A stretch of DNA of 29,218 nucleotides from a virus, in UHGV virus genome UHGV-0177389; one strand, 5' to 3'. A program made the position numbers and the translations under genes. Each line of letters begins with the position of its first letter. Within the stretch, counting starts at the first letter, position 1. A model generated the notes under the pieces. It was not told the DNA's origin, ran no database searches, and saw nothing but the letters and a program-made list of their open reading frames with translations. Shown here one piece after another: positions 1-10,896 of the stretch.

Positions 1-34
1 GACTATTGTATTACATGTAATCATTAAAAACCTA

Positions 35-349
35 ATGACAGTAAATAAAAATACAGACTTCAACGATAAAAATACAATACATCACAACAACAGCAAAACA
101 TTAATTTCTTATAGTAGCAACATCTATACGGATAAATACCTAAAATACATATCAGAAGATACAATAAAAGAAACCCGCGAAAAGTTAAAAAACATATATT
201 GTGCATCCGGCAGTTTTCACAAATTATCGCCGCAAGAGCGTTTATTCTACGAAGCAAGAAAACAACGTAAGTCAATAATATTACATTATTATGCTGATTC
301 AGGGGAGACACTCATATTTAATATTGGGGTTTCCCCTGAATCATGCTAA
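35..349 (+). CDS. hypothetical protein (104 aa), AT-rich moron-like ORF convergent with the virion gene
   Basis: ORF track 35..349 with ATG start; positions 1-360 are markedly AT-rich compared with the rest of the window; no recognisable motif. Confidence 0.35.
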   Translation: MTVNKNTDFNDKNTIHHNNSKTLISYSSNIYTDKYLKYISEDTIKETREKLKNIYCASGSFHKLSPQERLFYEARKQRKSIILHYYADSGETLIFNIGVSPESC

Positions 350-360
350 AGGTGTTTAAC

Positions 361-3300
361 TCACCGCATCACCGGATCCACCTGGTTTATTAGTGGCGCA
401 ATCCAGAACAGGTTATTGCCGGGTATCAGGGTTCGGACATTATGCACAATACGATCACCGGCATCACCATTCAACACTCCTGCGGTCACATCAATGATGC
501 TATCCGCAAGACCAAATGACGGTCCGAATAGAGATCCTACGAATCCACGACTGGCATACCTAGACTGTGTGCCAGTGCCAAATAAAGCCCCCAGCCCAAC
601 AGCACCACCAGTAGCCTTTTCAGCCATATTGTTATATTCCATCAATGGCCCAAGAATACCGGATCTATCTATACCCTCAAGCACCAGCTTCTCTGGTGAC
701 CAGTCAACATTTTTCCCTTTCGATGCTTCTTTAAGCGCATAGACCAGTGAGCCAAGAGCAATCTGAAATGCAGTGCCATAATAAAATTGCGCAGTTCCTT
801 CCTGTAACCCACCAAGTAGCGCACGGTTGTATGAAGCCGTTGTGAATGATTTAAACTGAAATATCGTTCGCCCCATTGGAGTACTCGCCCATAAAGGTGT
901 GTCACCAATACCGGGGGTAATGATAGTGTTATTAACGTCTTTCAGAACCGCTGACTGGAATACTCCGGCAACGTACTGATCGTCCCATTTATCAAAGTTA
1001 CCAATGTGCCATCCATCAATTACCTCACCATGTTTCTCGAACTCACTGCGAATACGCGCAGCCATATTGTCGTTGATACCGAGTTTTGCCATGCGACGTG
1101 CAGAAAACGCACCAGACAAAATACCGTCTGACGTGAGCATTCCGTTCATGGATTTGTTTATGTCATTAAATCGATCCATGAGTGTCAGCTTGCCGAAGGC
1201 ATCAGTAATTCGCTCCATTCCTGCTTCGACTGCTGTTGTCCTGGAAGAACTGTCAACAAGATCACCAATTGCACGAGAACGTGAATGTAGTACAGTTTCC
1301 AATCCAATCCCCATCTTCAACATCTCTTCTTTGCTGGCCTTAAATGCCGGTGATTGGGATATCTGAGAAGCATAGCCTTTCATGGAGTTACGGAAACCAT
1401 TAACCATAACCCCTCTGGCCAGATCTGGAATAGCTGATACTGTCATTCCACCGAGTTTTGTCGTGAAGTTCACATCCCGCAGAAAAGCGCCAGCACGAAC
1501 AAAAAACGAAGACGGGTCATCAGGCATACCATATGTACCAACAAGACGATCGCGTAATGCTGTTATGTCTCTGAGATCATTTGCTCTTGATTTTGAAAGT
1601 CTGGACTGTTCTTTCCGTAATTCCTTTTCGTACTTTCGCATTAATGAATCGAGTTTACCCTGAGGAACAACTTCACCATTGCTCTCATAACGTGCTTTCA
1701 GATTTGCCACACTTTCGTCATATTTTGCCTTTATTTTTTCAGGCACTTCCCGTAACAGACTGTCATATTCGTCCTCAATTAATTGCAGACGCTCTGTCAT
1801 AGTTCGTTTGCCAAATGTTCTCGTCAACTCAATTTCTGCTGCCGCTTCACGGATATGACGTTGTAGAACGTAATTCACATCACTTTCGAGATAATCCCTG
1901 ATAAGACTATCAGGCACATTTAATGTTCTTTCTTTCGTACTACCTGCGGCTTTTACAGAAAATACGCTGACAAAATCCTGTGGAACCTTAGCACCAGTAA
2001 TTTTATTAATTACGATATCCGCTGCAATTTCAGCATCCTCAGGATCCAGTGTTTTATTGCCTCTCGACCACCAGTCAACCAAAATACGTCGAAATTTATC
2101 GCGTTCACTGATTATTTTTCCAACTTTATATATACGTGGGAAATAGCTTGCCTGGCCTAATGCTTTCAGTTCTTCATCTGGCGGCAATAAACCAAGCTTT
2201 TGCATTTCAACCTTCACCCGATTTAATACAGTTCGCATCGCCTGCGCCGTTTCCTGAACAACAGGATTAGCATGCACATCACCGCTTCGCATAGCATTCC
2301 CAACCTGCTGACGAAATGAATCAAAACTCATGTCACCACCATCAGCTTTATACTTTGCGTATGCCTGTTTATTTCCGACAACAACAGCAGCTTCTTCACG
2401 CTGCCATCCACGTGTACGGGTTTCTACAGCTACCGGTGTTTCAATCCCCCTTTCATTTCCTTTAAGGGTGAAATTATTTTCGGCTAACTCCAGCGTTGTT
2501 TTTCGCACTGTCTTGGACGGAGACTCCATTAACCTTGTCAAAGGAGTAAGATAGCTCCCTGCTTTCCATGCAGCCTTTCCAACCACCCCACCGGAAACAG
2601 GGGTTAAATCATCCAGAGTCGCTGTATCAATTTTCATAGCACCAACACTACCACCATCAGAAAGCGAAGCGGCAGCCCTGTCAGTCGCTGATGTAATGCT
2701 CATATTATCAAGAGCATCAGCAACCTCACGCGTGGCTGCAGCCCGGACGGATGGCGAAAGCGCAACACCAGCACTGGCAAACACGCCGCTCATCATCGCA
2801 CCCGCTGCAATGTGAGCGGCACTTTCACCCCATGAGCGTGTTATTTGCTGATTATTCAGCACAACCTCGCTTAATGCTGTACCGGCTGCACCAATCGCAA
2901 TCTGTGAGCCAATACGCGCCAGTGCCCCTCCTTGAGCACCGGGGATAAACATTGACGCAACAGTAACCGGATCCATTCCCGCAGCAATACTGGCAAGGGT
3001 TCCAACTACGCCAGCATCAGACAATAAACGTCTGTCTTCATTTTCATCATCTATCTGCTGCTTAATCCACGCCGTTTCCTCTGGCGATCGGGAATCTGCA
3101 AATTTCGCCCCCCAGTATTCATAACCGTGCAACTCATTTTTATCAGCATATGGGTTATAACCTTCGACCGGTTCAAACTGTCTGGCTGGTCGGAAAAAAC
3201 CAGCCAGAATATTGTTCTGTCGCATTGCAGCCCCCCATACGGAAGGCTCCGGTGGCAATGGCTCAGGATTAGCCCCTTCCGGAAGGGCAACATCAAACCC

Positions 3301-3375
3301 AGTTTGTTCCGGCAAAACATTACCTGACGGGATCAGTCCGTTATTAAGATCTTCAGCTTGTGCATAAACTGGCAT
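361..3375 (-). CDS. large internal virion / DNA-ejection protein (1004 aa), T7 gp16-like by position
   Basis: ORF track; ATG at 3375 overlaps the stop of the upstream gene; last and largest gene of the tail/core module; Gly/Ala-rich segments. Confidence 0.55.
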   Translation of the reverse strand: MPVYAQAEDLNNGLIPSGNVLPEQTGFDVALPEGANPEPLPPEPSVWGAAMRQNNILAGFFRPARQFEPVEGYNPYADKNELHGYEYWGAKFADSRSPEETAWIKQQIDDENEDRRLLSDAGVVGTLASIAAGMDPVTVASMFIPGAQGGALARIGSQIAIGAAGTALSEVVLNNQQITRSWGESAAHIAAGAMMSGVFASAGVALSPSVRAAATREVADALDNMSITSATDRAAASLSDGGSVGAMKIDTATLDDLTPVSGGVVGKAAWKAGSYLTPLTRLMESPSKTVRKTTLELAENNFTLKGNERGIETPVAVETRTRGWQREEAAVVVGNKQAYAKYKADGGDMSFDSFRQQVGNAMRSGDVHANPVVQETAQAMRTVLNRVKVEMQKLGLLPPDEELKALGQASYFPRIYKVGKIISERDKFRRILVDWWSRGNKTLDPEDAEIAADIVINKITGAKVPQDFVSVFSVKAAGSTKERTLNVPDSLIRDYLESDVNYVLQRHIREAAAEIELTRTFGKRTMTERLQLIEDEYDSLLREVPEKIKAKYDESVANLKARYESNGEVVPQGKLDSLMRKYEKELRKEQSRLSKSRANDLRDITALRDRLVGTYGMPDDPSSFFVRAGAFLRDVNFTTKLGGMTVSAIPDLARGVMVNGFRNSMKGYASQISQSPAFKASKEEMLKMGIGLETVLHSRSRAIGDLVDSSSRTTAVEAGMERITDAFGKLTLMDRFNDINKSMNGMLTSDGILSGAFSARRMAKLGINDNMAARIRSEFEKHGEVIDGWHIGNFDKWDDQYVAGVFQSAVLKDVNNTIITPGIGDTPLWASTPMGRTIFQFKSFTTASYNRALLGGLQEGTAQFYYGTAFQIALGSLVYALKEASKGKNVDWSPEKLVLEGIDRSGILGPLMEYNNMAEKATGGAVGLGALFGTGTQSRYASRGFVGSLFGPSFGLADSIIDVTAGVLNGDAGDRIVHNVRTLIPGNNLFWIAPLINQVDPVMR

Positions 3376-6092
3376 TATTTAGATCCCCACGAAAAGTAAT
3401 CTTTAAATTTGTCCATACGTTCGTTATGCAGGCGCTGATACTGCTCATCCAGAGCGCGATGCTTGTCTTTGAAGTTTCGTATAGCCTGTCCACGCATAAT
3501 TTCTTCCTGCTCGTACTGCTCCCGTTCCTGCTGCATTTTCTTATAAGGTTCCCAATCTTCTAGTGATGGTTCCCAACGCATAGGACGCCCATGTTTGTTA
3601 TAAAACGGCTGGACCCGATCGATGCCATTTTCATCCTTAGTTCTTACCATAATGGCGTAATCACCATTACGAGGTGTTAACACGTCAGGGGTTATGAATA
3701 ATTCTCCATTAATACGACTCTCAGGGGTTTTTGTCTCAACTACAGGAGCATTACCTGACGTGATCCCAAGCAACGTCGGACTGGTTGTTATAATCTCTTT
3801 GCGCTCACCGTACATCAGCCGTTCTTTTTCAGCTTTCCACTGCGCCGCCTGCCAGCCTGACGGCCCATATTGATAAAGCGCCTCCGGTGCATATTTCATA
3901 AACTGCGCTTCTCCGTTAACCTCGCTGATACTCCAGGTGCGGGCTATCTGCTGGTTGGTCATTTGCTTCGCTACGTCAGCGTTACCACCAGCAACGCGGT
4001 AGTTAATGTCATACAGCGTCTGATAGTCATTACGGAATCTAGCTGCTTCCGGCGTCTGGTCATCCGCAGACGGATCCCAACGGAACCACTGCGCCATATT
4101 GCTGACAGCAGAATTCATCGCCTTGCTGCGATTATTTTTGTACTCTTTTGAACTCTGCGTTGATGCCAATTGAGCTTTAAGAGCATCGGTCTGGTTGTAC
4201 GTCAGGTTCTGCGCCTGCTCGATAGCCGCATCAGCAGACATGCCAGAATCTGTTAGTTGCTTAACAGTCAGATAAAAACCCTGCATATCCTTCGGCATAT
4301 TTCCAATAGATGCATTGTCTGTTTCATATAACCGACTAAACAAATTCGCTGCATTTTTAACCACTTCCTGATTGCTGGATCTGGATACTGCTGAAAGCTG
4401 CGTGATGACCTGCGAAGGCATGATGCCAGTCTGAGCCACAAGCCGAACAACCCCATCATGAGTGGAGGCATCATTAATACGAAAGTTCTGCGCCATTTCT
4501 GTGTAATCAGCAGCTTTCTGCATTGATTTGTTGCTTGGGTCTAATTTTTCACCTATTGTCAGCGCCTCATTGAATCTGCGTGAATCACGTTGCGCCTGAA
4601 TTGCTTCATTTGATCGCTGAAGCAATGCAGACAATTTTCCGTAAGCATCGAGTTTTAACGCATAGTGAGGATCGTTAACCTCAGGCTTCACTTTCTGCAT
4701 TTCTTCTTGCTGCTGAGAAGGAGGTAAATACTGAATTGCCTGGAATATTCTCGCGTTATCAATCGCTATATCCAGTTGATTGATTATTTTATCTGCATTT
4801 TTTCCATACCCCCTGATGATAGTCTCCTGAGCCGGTATATAATCTGGAACCTCACCGTTATATAGCTGGGCCATGGTGTTATTAATAGCTGGCTCAAGCT
4901 GTTCTAATATTAACTTCCTTTGCTTTTCTATCTGACTATTAGCAAGGTTATCTATTTGATAAATAGTCAGCGGATCCATTCCAGTTTTATTTTTTCTATA
5001 TCGGGAAAGCCACCCTTGTGTTTCTGATGGAAGATTTCGGATAAATTCTTCTTCTGATATTTCACCTTTACGTGGATCACCGACTTTGGCGATCAGTTTA
5101 TCCACGTTACCCATCCCCCAGTTATATGCTGCTCCGGTCAATATTTCGGAGCCGTACTTACCATACAGTTGATTTACATAGTCACTGGCGAGCATTTCAT
5201 GCTGTTGTTCGTCCGTAGGGTTGTATTTAACGCCACGCTTGGCCGCCAGTTCTTTCCCTGTGCCCGGCATTAACTGGTATTTCCCCTGGGCTCTCTCTCC
5301 AGAAGATGTTATCGGTCCTTCAAGAAGACTACCATCAGGATTAAAATGTCGATCACCTGATTCAACAAGGCGTATGGCACGCATGTCCATGCCTCCAGAA
5401 TCATTTTTCTGAAACAGACCATTTAGCCATCCTTCTGGATTGGCAGCGGCATAATTCTTCGCCCGCATTTCTGTGGCACGGCGATCATCACTTTCTATTT
5501 CTTCCAGAATGCGTTCTTGTGACCATCCCCTGGCAGCTCCATATCTGGCAATGGCTACCATTCTGGAATTTCTGGCTAAAGTGGCAGTTTGCGGGTCATT
5601 CCAGGCATCCGCTTCATTTTGTATCCATAATTTTCTCGTTGCCTGATATTGCTCATCTTCATAGGCATTTGTCTGCCCTATCTCATGTCTGAGAACTCCA
5701 GTACTGAACTGAATTTTCTGTGTTCTGGCTTGTTGCAAAAACATATTTCTTGCTGCTTCATCAGTCAATGAAGCAGCTATTTCTTCCACATCCTGATCAA
5801 ATCCAGATATGTACTCTTGCCCCTTACCAATCGCATTTTTGCCTTGTTGTGCATAAAAACCGGTTTGAGGGTTATAAAGACGTTCATTGCTGCGCTGATT
5901 AAGCTGAAGGATGGCATCCTGAGACAATGCAACATTCGCTTTCTGCCTGGCTTCACCATATGCCACCGCATACTGATCTGCGACATTCGCCAGCACCTGA
6001 CCTGCTTGAGGAACATCGAAGGTCTGAAAACCACCGGTTTGCACACCACGACTTTGCACCTGGCGTCCGGATACTGTTGGTACGACTGGCAT
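3375..6092 (-). CDS. internal virion protein with soluble lytic transglycosylase (SLT) domain
   Basis: ORF track 3375..6167 trimmed to ATG at 6092, which has GGAGGA 5 nt upstream and overlaps the upstream stop; SLT-like motifs ES...GKYQLM...AAYNWG. Confidence 0.7.
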   Translation of the reverse strand: MPVVPTVSGRQVQSRGVQTGGFQTFDVPQAGQVLANVADQYAVAYGEARQKANVALSQDAILQLNQRSNERLYNPQTGFYAQQGKNAIGKGQEYISGFDQDVEEIAASLTDEAARNMFLQQARTQKIQFSTGVLRHEIGQTNAYEDEQYQATRKLWIQNEADAWNDPQTATLARNSRMVAIARYGAARGWSQERILEEIESDDRRATEMRAKNYAAANPEGWLNGLFQKNDSGGMDMRAIRLVESGDRHFNPDGSLLEGPITSSGERAQGKYQLMPGTGKELAAKRGVKYNPTDEQQHEMLASDYVNQLYGKYGSEILTGAAYNWGMGNVDKLIAKVGDPRKGEISEEEFIRNLPSETQGWLSRYRKNKTGMDPLTIYQIDNLANSQIEKQRKLILEQLEPAINNTMAQLYNGEVPDYIPAQETIIRGYGKNADKIINQLDIAIDNARIFQAIQYLPPSQQQEEMQKVKPEVNDPHYALKLDAYGKLSALLQRSNEAIQAQRDSRRFNEALTIGEKLDPSNKSMQKAADYTEMAQNFRINDASTHDGVVRLVAQTGIMPSQVITQLSAVSRSSNQEVVKNAANLFSRLYETDNASIGNMPKDMQGFYLTVKQLTDSGMSADAAIEQAQNLTYNQTDALKAQLASTQSSKEYKNNRSKAMNSAVSNMAQWFRWDPSADDQTPEAARFRNDYQTLYDINYRVAGGNADVAKQMTNQQIARTWSISEVNGEAQFMKYAPEALYQYGPSGWQAAQWKAEKERLMYGERKEIITTSPTLLGITSGNAPVVETKTPESRINGELFITPDVLTPRNGDYAIMVRTKDENGIDRVQPFYNKHGRPMRWEPSLEDWEPYKKMQQEREQYEQEEIMRGQAIRNFKDKHRALDEQYQRLHNERMDKFKDYFSWGSK

Positions 6093-6637
6093 TATAATCC
6101 TCCGGGTAATCTGGTTCCTGCTGCTGCCCCGATTGGCGCAGGGGTGCTTTGAGTAAACGGACTCCACGTCCCACCAAACATCTGGTACGCACCGTATGCC
6201 TTCAGAGGCGCAGTGAGCAATGTTGTTGCTGATCCCACATTCCCCTGTTTACGGGCTGAACTGGCTTCTGCTTTATAGTTGGCAGCCTGAACCTGATAAC
6301 CGTAAGCCTCGCGTTGCGCGTTATTCACCGTCGTCAGAGAATCAAGAGCGCCAAACTGGGCAGTGTCGCCAAATATATCCAGCGCGTTACCTGTAGATAA
6401 ATCAGCGCCGGTAGCCCCCATTGTCGCCGCCTGTGTACCAAGCCGCTGTCGGGTCTCTCTGCGCCGTTGCTCAGCTTCAGCGTTACCTCTGTTTATTGCA
6501 TCATTTGCCTGAGCAGTGGCTATATCTGCGTTCGCTTCTGCAACCTTCGAGGCATACTTTCCCTGTTGGTACTGGGTGTATGCCTGAATGCCACTCATGG
6601 CGAGCATTGCGCCACCAGCAATAACCGGATCGCACAT
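6092..6637 (-). CDS. internal core protein (181 aa), T7 gp14-like by position
   Basis: ORF track; ATG overlaps upstream stop; GGAGAG upstream; Ala/Gln-rich small protein between tail and large core genes. Confidence 0.45.
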   Translation of the reverse strand: MCDPVIAGGAMLAMSGIQAYTQYQQGKYASKVAEANADIATAQANDAINRGNAEAEQRRRETRQRLGTQAATMGATGADLSTGNALDIFGDTAQFGALDSLTTVNNAQREAYGYQVQAANYKAEASSARKQGNVGSATTLLTAPLKAYGAYQMFGGTWSPFTQSTPAPIGAAAGTRLPGGL

Positions 6638-7101
6638 TATTTTCTCTCCATGTGAAATCTGTGGAAATTAAGACCAAGAGCACCATAAGGCGCGGCTTCT
6701 TCAAGCCTGAATCCAAGCCAGTGCAGCCATGCTTTGGCAACATGGTTTCGCTCGTCGACATAGTTTTCCAGGCGCGGATAAACTGCCAGCATCTGCTGCA
6801 ATACAGGTCGGCAGTGGCGAAGAAATGTCCTCTGATATTTTTCAATACGGCTGGTTCCGACCAGCCAGGGCGTACCATTGCCACCGATCATTGACGCCGG
6901 AGATACGCCAAACATGGTTACCAGTTCTCCGTTCGCGAACCCTGACCAGGCCATAGTCGCAGTGCGCAGACCAACACGCAGCGCATCTTTGGTAGTCATC
7001 AGCGATACCGCATACAGTTCGTCAATATCAGCCTGACGAACATCCGGCAAAATCATCTGAAGATGCTCTTCGGTAGCGGGAATAATTTGAACATCGATCA
7101 T
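6637..7101 (-). CDS. hypothetical virion protein (154 aa), T7 gp13-like by position
   Basis: ORF track; ATGA start/stop overlap with the tail tubular B-like gene. Confidence 0.4.
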   Translation of the reverse strand: MIDVQIIPATEEHLQMILPDVRQADIDELYAVSLMTTKDALRVGLRTATMAWSGFANGELVTMFGVSPASMIGGNGTPWLVGTSRIEKYQRTFLRHCRPVLQQMLAVYPRLENYVDERNHVAKAWLHWLGFRLEEAAPYGALGLNFHRFHMERK

Positions 7102-9572
7102 CAGAATCCCCCAACAGTAAGGCGAGGAATAACGGCAAGAACAGACAGCGGCAACGGATCAAGCTGACGGATTTTTACACGTCCGTTTTTGCCCCAGTTA
7201 CTGTCCAGTTTCACTTCTACTTTTCCGGTAGCATCATCAACAGGATCATCGTAGAACTCGAATTCACGCTGTGGATATTCGTACCATTTACCGCCGGGCG
7301 TAGTCGCCCAGATGCCGCGACTGGCATTCACAACCAGAGTAACGGACGGGATCACCTGTTTTTTGTCCAGCAGCGTTTCCTGTCCGTTAATGTTGATATC
7401 CAGTGTTTCGAATTCAGCAGTTATTGGCAGGCCGATGTGCACAACAGCTCCCGGTGATTCCAGCGTGACGGCACCTCCGGAAACCACTTTCTGTGGCTCC
7501 ACGTTCGCATCAGAGAGAATGTTTACGGTCTGGCCTTCAAGATGAGACAGGCCTCCAAATGTCCGGCGCGCCATCTGCCAGTTCGTGGTGGCCACATTCC
7601 TGAGGGATGGCGGGACGTTCCTGTTAGCGCGAACCACTACAGCGGTATTGCTGGTTACAGAAATAATGTCGCAACGTAATTCTTTTGACACTTCATCGCC
7701 AGTATCAGGATCAGTTCCGACATAAGGGAACTGTAGTTGCGCGCCGACATCACTACTGGTGAAGTACGCACCACCAGAAACACTGATTGTATATTCCGCG
7801 CGATAATCCCATTCGCCAGAACCACCAGTGATGGTCATCGTTCTGTCAGACGTATTTCTTCCATCATAGCTAAGGCCAGAATCAACAAAGAAAGCATCTT
7901 CATCGCTGGTAAATAAACGGCTGGACAGTCGCTCGATGTATCTCACTGTTTGCCCGTTAACGGTTCGGTTAACGACGAAATACACCGCATCTTCATTTCC
8001 TTCGCTGATACTGCATGTGCTTTCATATTTTCCGGTACTGGATTGTGGTGCCCATGCAAAAACCTGCTGATCACGCAAATAGGTCATCACCAGTAATTTA
8101 CCGTCATCACGAATGCAGAAGGCGCTGGAGTAAGGGACAATAGAGAAGCACCAGTCAACAATGCTGTGCTTCTGAAAAAGATGATTGGCAAGGATGGTCA
8201 GGTCGTTCCCCTGATAGCCGTCAACATCGAATGAGTAGGCCAGATCACGGACAACACTGCCTTTCTCCTGGACGAACAGAGCAATATTCGCCACGGCAAT
8301 TGGTGGGACATTGCTCGAGCCATTTGATCCCTGAGAGCTGAATGCAAATGATGATGGGGTTAACACTTTGTTCTGGTCGCCGGTGATGACGTACTCACCT
8401 CCGGAAGTCAGTGCCACCAGCGAACCGACATCAATCAGGTGGCGGATCTCATTAACCTGACGCCCGGCATAGGTGTAGATAATTCTGTCGTTATCCTGCG
8501 TAGGATTGCTTTTGCCAAAATCCTTATAATCCCCGGTACGGCTGGCCCAGATAGTCTGAGGAAACGCAGTCGATGCGGCGAAGTAAAGACGTTGTTGATA
8601 ATAAACAACAGTGCCAGGATAACCATTAACACTGTTCCAGGCATATTTAGCCCATTTATAGCTGGCATTATCCTCGCCAACGACCTGCGAAGGGATATAG
8701 GAAATCACCTCGGCAGTTGCAGTAGTGCCGTTTACAGCAGTGATACGGGCAATGCCAAACCCACTGTGCAGATACTCCCACTCAATGCCAGTATCATCAT
8801 CACCGGATCCGCCCCAGCCATCCCATGATGTGCCTTCTGTATGCGAAGGGCGCAAAGTACCAGTTTTGCCTGCTGTAACGGCGCGATAGTAGTTACTGTC
8901 TGCACGGCGAATATCGCCAATCGACGTACTCTTACTGGTTTCCCATACCGGCACTGAATCCACTGCTGGCTGTTCCAGATAGAACAATTTGCCTACCTGC
9001 TCCGCGCCAAAAATAGAGGCGCTTGCCGTTAACGTAATTGTCCCGGTGCTGGCGCTGGCATAAACCGTCACTGACTCGTCAATATTGATATCTTCAAATG
9101 GCCCGTTCTTCGTTACCACATCAACCAGTTGCCAGTTGTCATGCGCATAGCGACGCAACTCTTTCGGCGGGTATGCCGGGTGAACCAGCGTAAGCACGTC
9201 GGCGCTTTGCGTGAATTTAATTCGGAACAGATCGGCTTCAGTATATGGCGTGGCAATTTCATAAATAACATTGCTGCTGTTCAGCACCAACGCACCATCT
9301 TTGATAACGCGCATGTACTGGTGTCCGAACTCCAGAGCATAAGTCTGAACCGTCGAGAACTGGAACGGGATCAGGCGGCATTTCCGATTTGGGTATTTGG
9401 CGGCACCGACAAAACGCGTACCAGGTCGATTCTCAACGCCGCCATACTGCCGCACGATAAAGTTATCGCACTTGCGCAATGCCACCTGGTACTTCGCCAT
9501 GTCGATACGACCGTACAACGACGGTCCAATCTCACCACCGGCAAAGCTGGGCTGGATCCAACTGATAGCCAT
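7101..9572 (-). CDS. tail tubular protein B-like (nozzle), 823 aa
   Basis: ORF track; size and position immediately after the gp11-like adaptor; start overlaps upstream stop. Confidence 0.5.
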   Translation of the reverse strand: MAISWIQPSFAGGEIGPSLYGRIDMAKYQVALRKCDNFIVRQYGGVENRPGTRFVGAAKYPNRKCRLIPFQFSTVQTYALEFGHQYMRVIKDGALVLNSSNVIYEIATPYTEADLFRIKFTQSADVLTLVHPAYPPKELRRYAHDNWQLVDVVTKNGPFEDINIDESVTVYASASTGTITLTASASIFGAEQVGKLFYLEQPAVDSVPVWETSKSTSIGDIRRADSNYYRAVTAGKTGTLRPSHTEGTSWDGWGGSGDDDTGIEWEYLHSGFGIARITAVNGTTATAEVISYIPSQVVGEDNASYKWAKYAWNSVNGYPGTVVYYQQRLYFAASTAFPQTIWASRTGDYKDFGKSNPTQDNDRIIYTYAGRQVNEIRHLIDVGSLVALTSGGEYVITGDQNKVLTPSSFAFSSQGSNGSSNVPPIAVANIALFVQEKGSVVRDLAYSFDVDGYQGNDLTILANHLFQKHSIVDWCFSIVPYSSAFCIRDDGKLLVMTYLRDQQVFAWAPQSSTGKYESTCSISEGNEDAVYFVVNRTVNGQTVRYIERLSSRLFTSDEDAFFVDSGLSYDGRNTSDRTMTITGGSGEWDYRAEYTISVSGGAYFTSSDVGAQLQFPYVGTDPDTGDEVSKELRCDIISVTSNTAVVVRANRNVPPSLRNVATTNWQMARRTFGGLSHLEGQTVNILSDANVEPQKVVSGGAVTLESPGAVVHIGLPITAEFETLDININGQETLLDKKQVIPSVTLVVNASRGIWATTPGGKWYEYPQREFEFYDDPVDDATGKVEVKLDSNWGKNGRVKIRQLDPLPLSVLAVIPRLTVGGF

Positions 9573-10177
9573 CAGGACAACCTCGCAATGGTAAACTCGT
9601 CAACCGGTGGCAGTGGTTCCTGTGATTCATTCTGGCTATGCGAGCCAGCACTAAGAATCACGCGATTGTACATATTGAGGGCAAACGTACCGAGGTCTGC
9701 ATTCCCAGTCAGCGCCATGTTAATAGCTGCCGCAAGACGCCAGGCCAACGCCTCCATAAAAATGGCATCAAACATGTTCACATCTGTAACGCGAGATACA
9801 TACTTGAGCCATGCCTGCGGCTGGTCTGTGTAGATCAACTTTCCTGTTCCGTTGGTGTCTGCACCAACTTCGTACTGAACGCGCATTGCTGCTGTTGGAT
9901 TGCGTACACCAGGAAGCATAATTTCAGTAATGCGCAGACAATCGGACGGGTACTGGTACGCATATTCCCAGTCAGGCGGTGGATTGTTCGTATCTGCAAG
10001 CGCCACGCGTTTGGTAGCAAAGTTCCAGTCAAAATCAGAAAGCACAGCATCACGGCAGGCCTCAAAGTGCAGCGAACATTCCCCCGCTTCCTTGCTGGCT
10101 TCCGTCAGGCTGTTAATGCTGCGGCTATTGCCAATATTGGACAGCGCACGATTGCAGATCTCTACTACAGAGGCCAT
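9572..10177 (-). CDS. tail tubular protein A-like (adaptor), 201 aa
   Basis: ORF track; N-terminus resembles recalled T7 gp11 (ALSNIG...SLTE, DFDWNF); GGGGTGA RBS; followed by an about 800-aa gene. Confidence 0.55.
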   Translation of the reverse strand: MASVVEICNRALSNIGNSRSINSLTEASKEAGECSLHFEACRDAVLSDFDWNFATKRVALADTNNPPPDWEYAYQYPSDCLRITEIMLPGVRNPTAAMRVQYEVGADTNGTGKLIYTDQPQAWLKYVSRVTDVNMFDAIFMEALAWRLAAAINMALTGNADLGTFALNMYNRVILSAGSHSQNESQEPLPPVDEFTIARLS

Positions 10178-10500
10178 TACTCACCCCCATTGCCGTACAG
10201 GGTTTCAGCCGCTGATTTTTCTACATCCCCGGAAACAGGAGCGATCGCCATATCAGTGATCTGCAGATCGGCGCTGCGATTAACACCATCGTCAGTTTCT
10301 CTGGCAGACAGGCCTCGAATAACAGCCTTTGCAGTTATCATCACTTCTGTTCCGACGCCCTGAGGTTGCGCCTTCAGCTTATTCAATGTGTCGTTATTAA
10401 GAGTGATGCACAGCCCCCACGGGTATTCATCGCGAGTTCTGGTTTCTCCGCTCTCATCCTGGTAGCTGTCAGTGCCGGTTTTGAGGTTTACGAGTTCCAT
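10177..10500 (-). CDS. hypothetical protein (107 aa)
   Basis: ORF track 10177..10506 trimmed to ATG at 10500 with AGGAG 5 nt upstream. Confidence 0.45.
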   Translation of the reverse strand: MELVNLKTGTDSYQDESGETRTRDEYPWGLCITLNNDTLNKLKAQPQGVGTEVMITAKAVIRGLSARETDDGVNRSADLQITDMAIAPVSGDVEKSAAETLYGNGGE

Positions 10501-10550
10501 ATACACTCCTGCAATAAAGGGGCCGAAGCCCCTTGTCTGATCCGCGAGGC

Positions 10551-10886
10551 TTACACGCCCAGTTCTTTACGCTTATCTGCGATCTTCTCGCGGAGCGTTT
10601 CGGCTTTGGCGTTATGGTGTGGCTTCTCGTTAAAGAGCAATTCGTACTCTTCACGGAGCTTATCCAGTTCACCATCATCTGACACATCGTTGATGATTTT
10701 GGTGCTGGTTGCTGCCATTGACACCTTTCCTGCAATTTTTGCTTTTGCCTGTCTGGCTGCATCGTTAACAGGTTCCAGTGCGCTACCGGGCTCACCTTCG
10801 TATTCGATTTCTGCCCCCTCCGGCCACAGAGTGTTATGGATATGAGAGAGGCGCAGAACGCGGTATCTTGGTTTCTCACCTGACAT
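10551..10886 (-). CDS. hypothetical protein (111 aa)
   Basis: ORF track 10551..10895 trimmed to ATG at 10886 with AAGGTGA RBS. Confidence 0.45.
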   Translation of the reverse strand: MSGEKPRYRVLRLSHIHNTLWPEGAEIEYEGEPGSALEPVNDAARQAKAKIAGKVSMAATSTKIINDVSDDGELDKLREEYELLFNEKPHHNAKAETLREKIADKRKELGV

Positions 10887-10896
10887 CGATATCACC

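Noticed and set aside
9129-9833. 234-aa plus-strand ORF inside the tail tubular B-like gene
   Set aside because: Fully antisense to a long, well-supported coding gene; no RBS; most likely a spurious open frame
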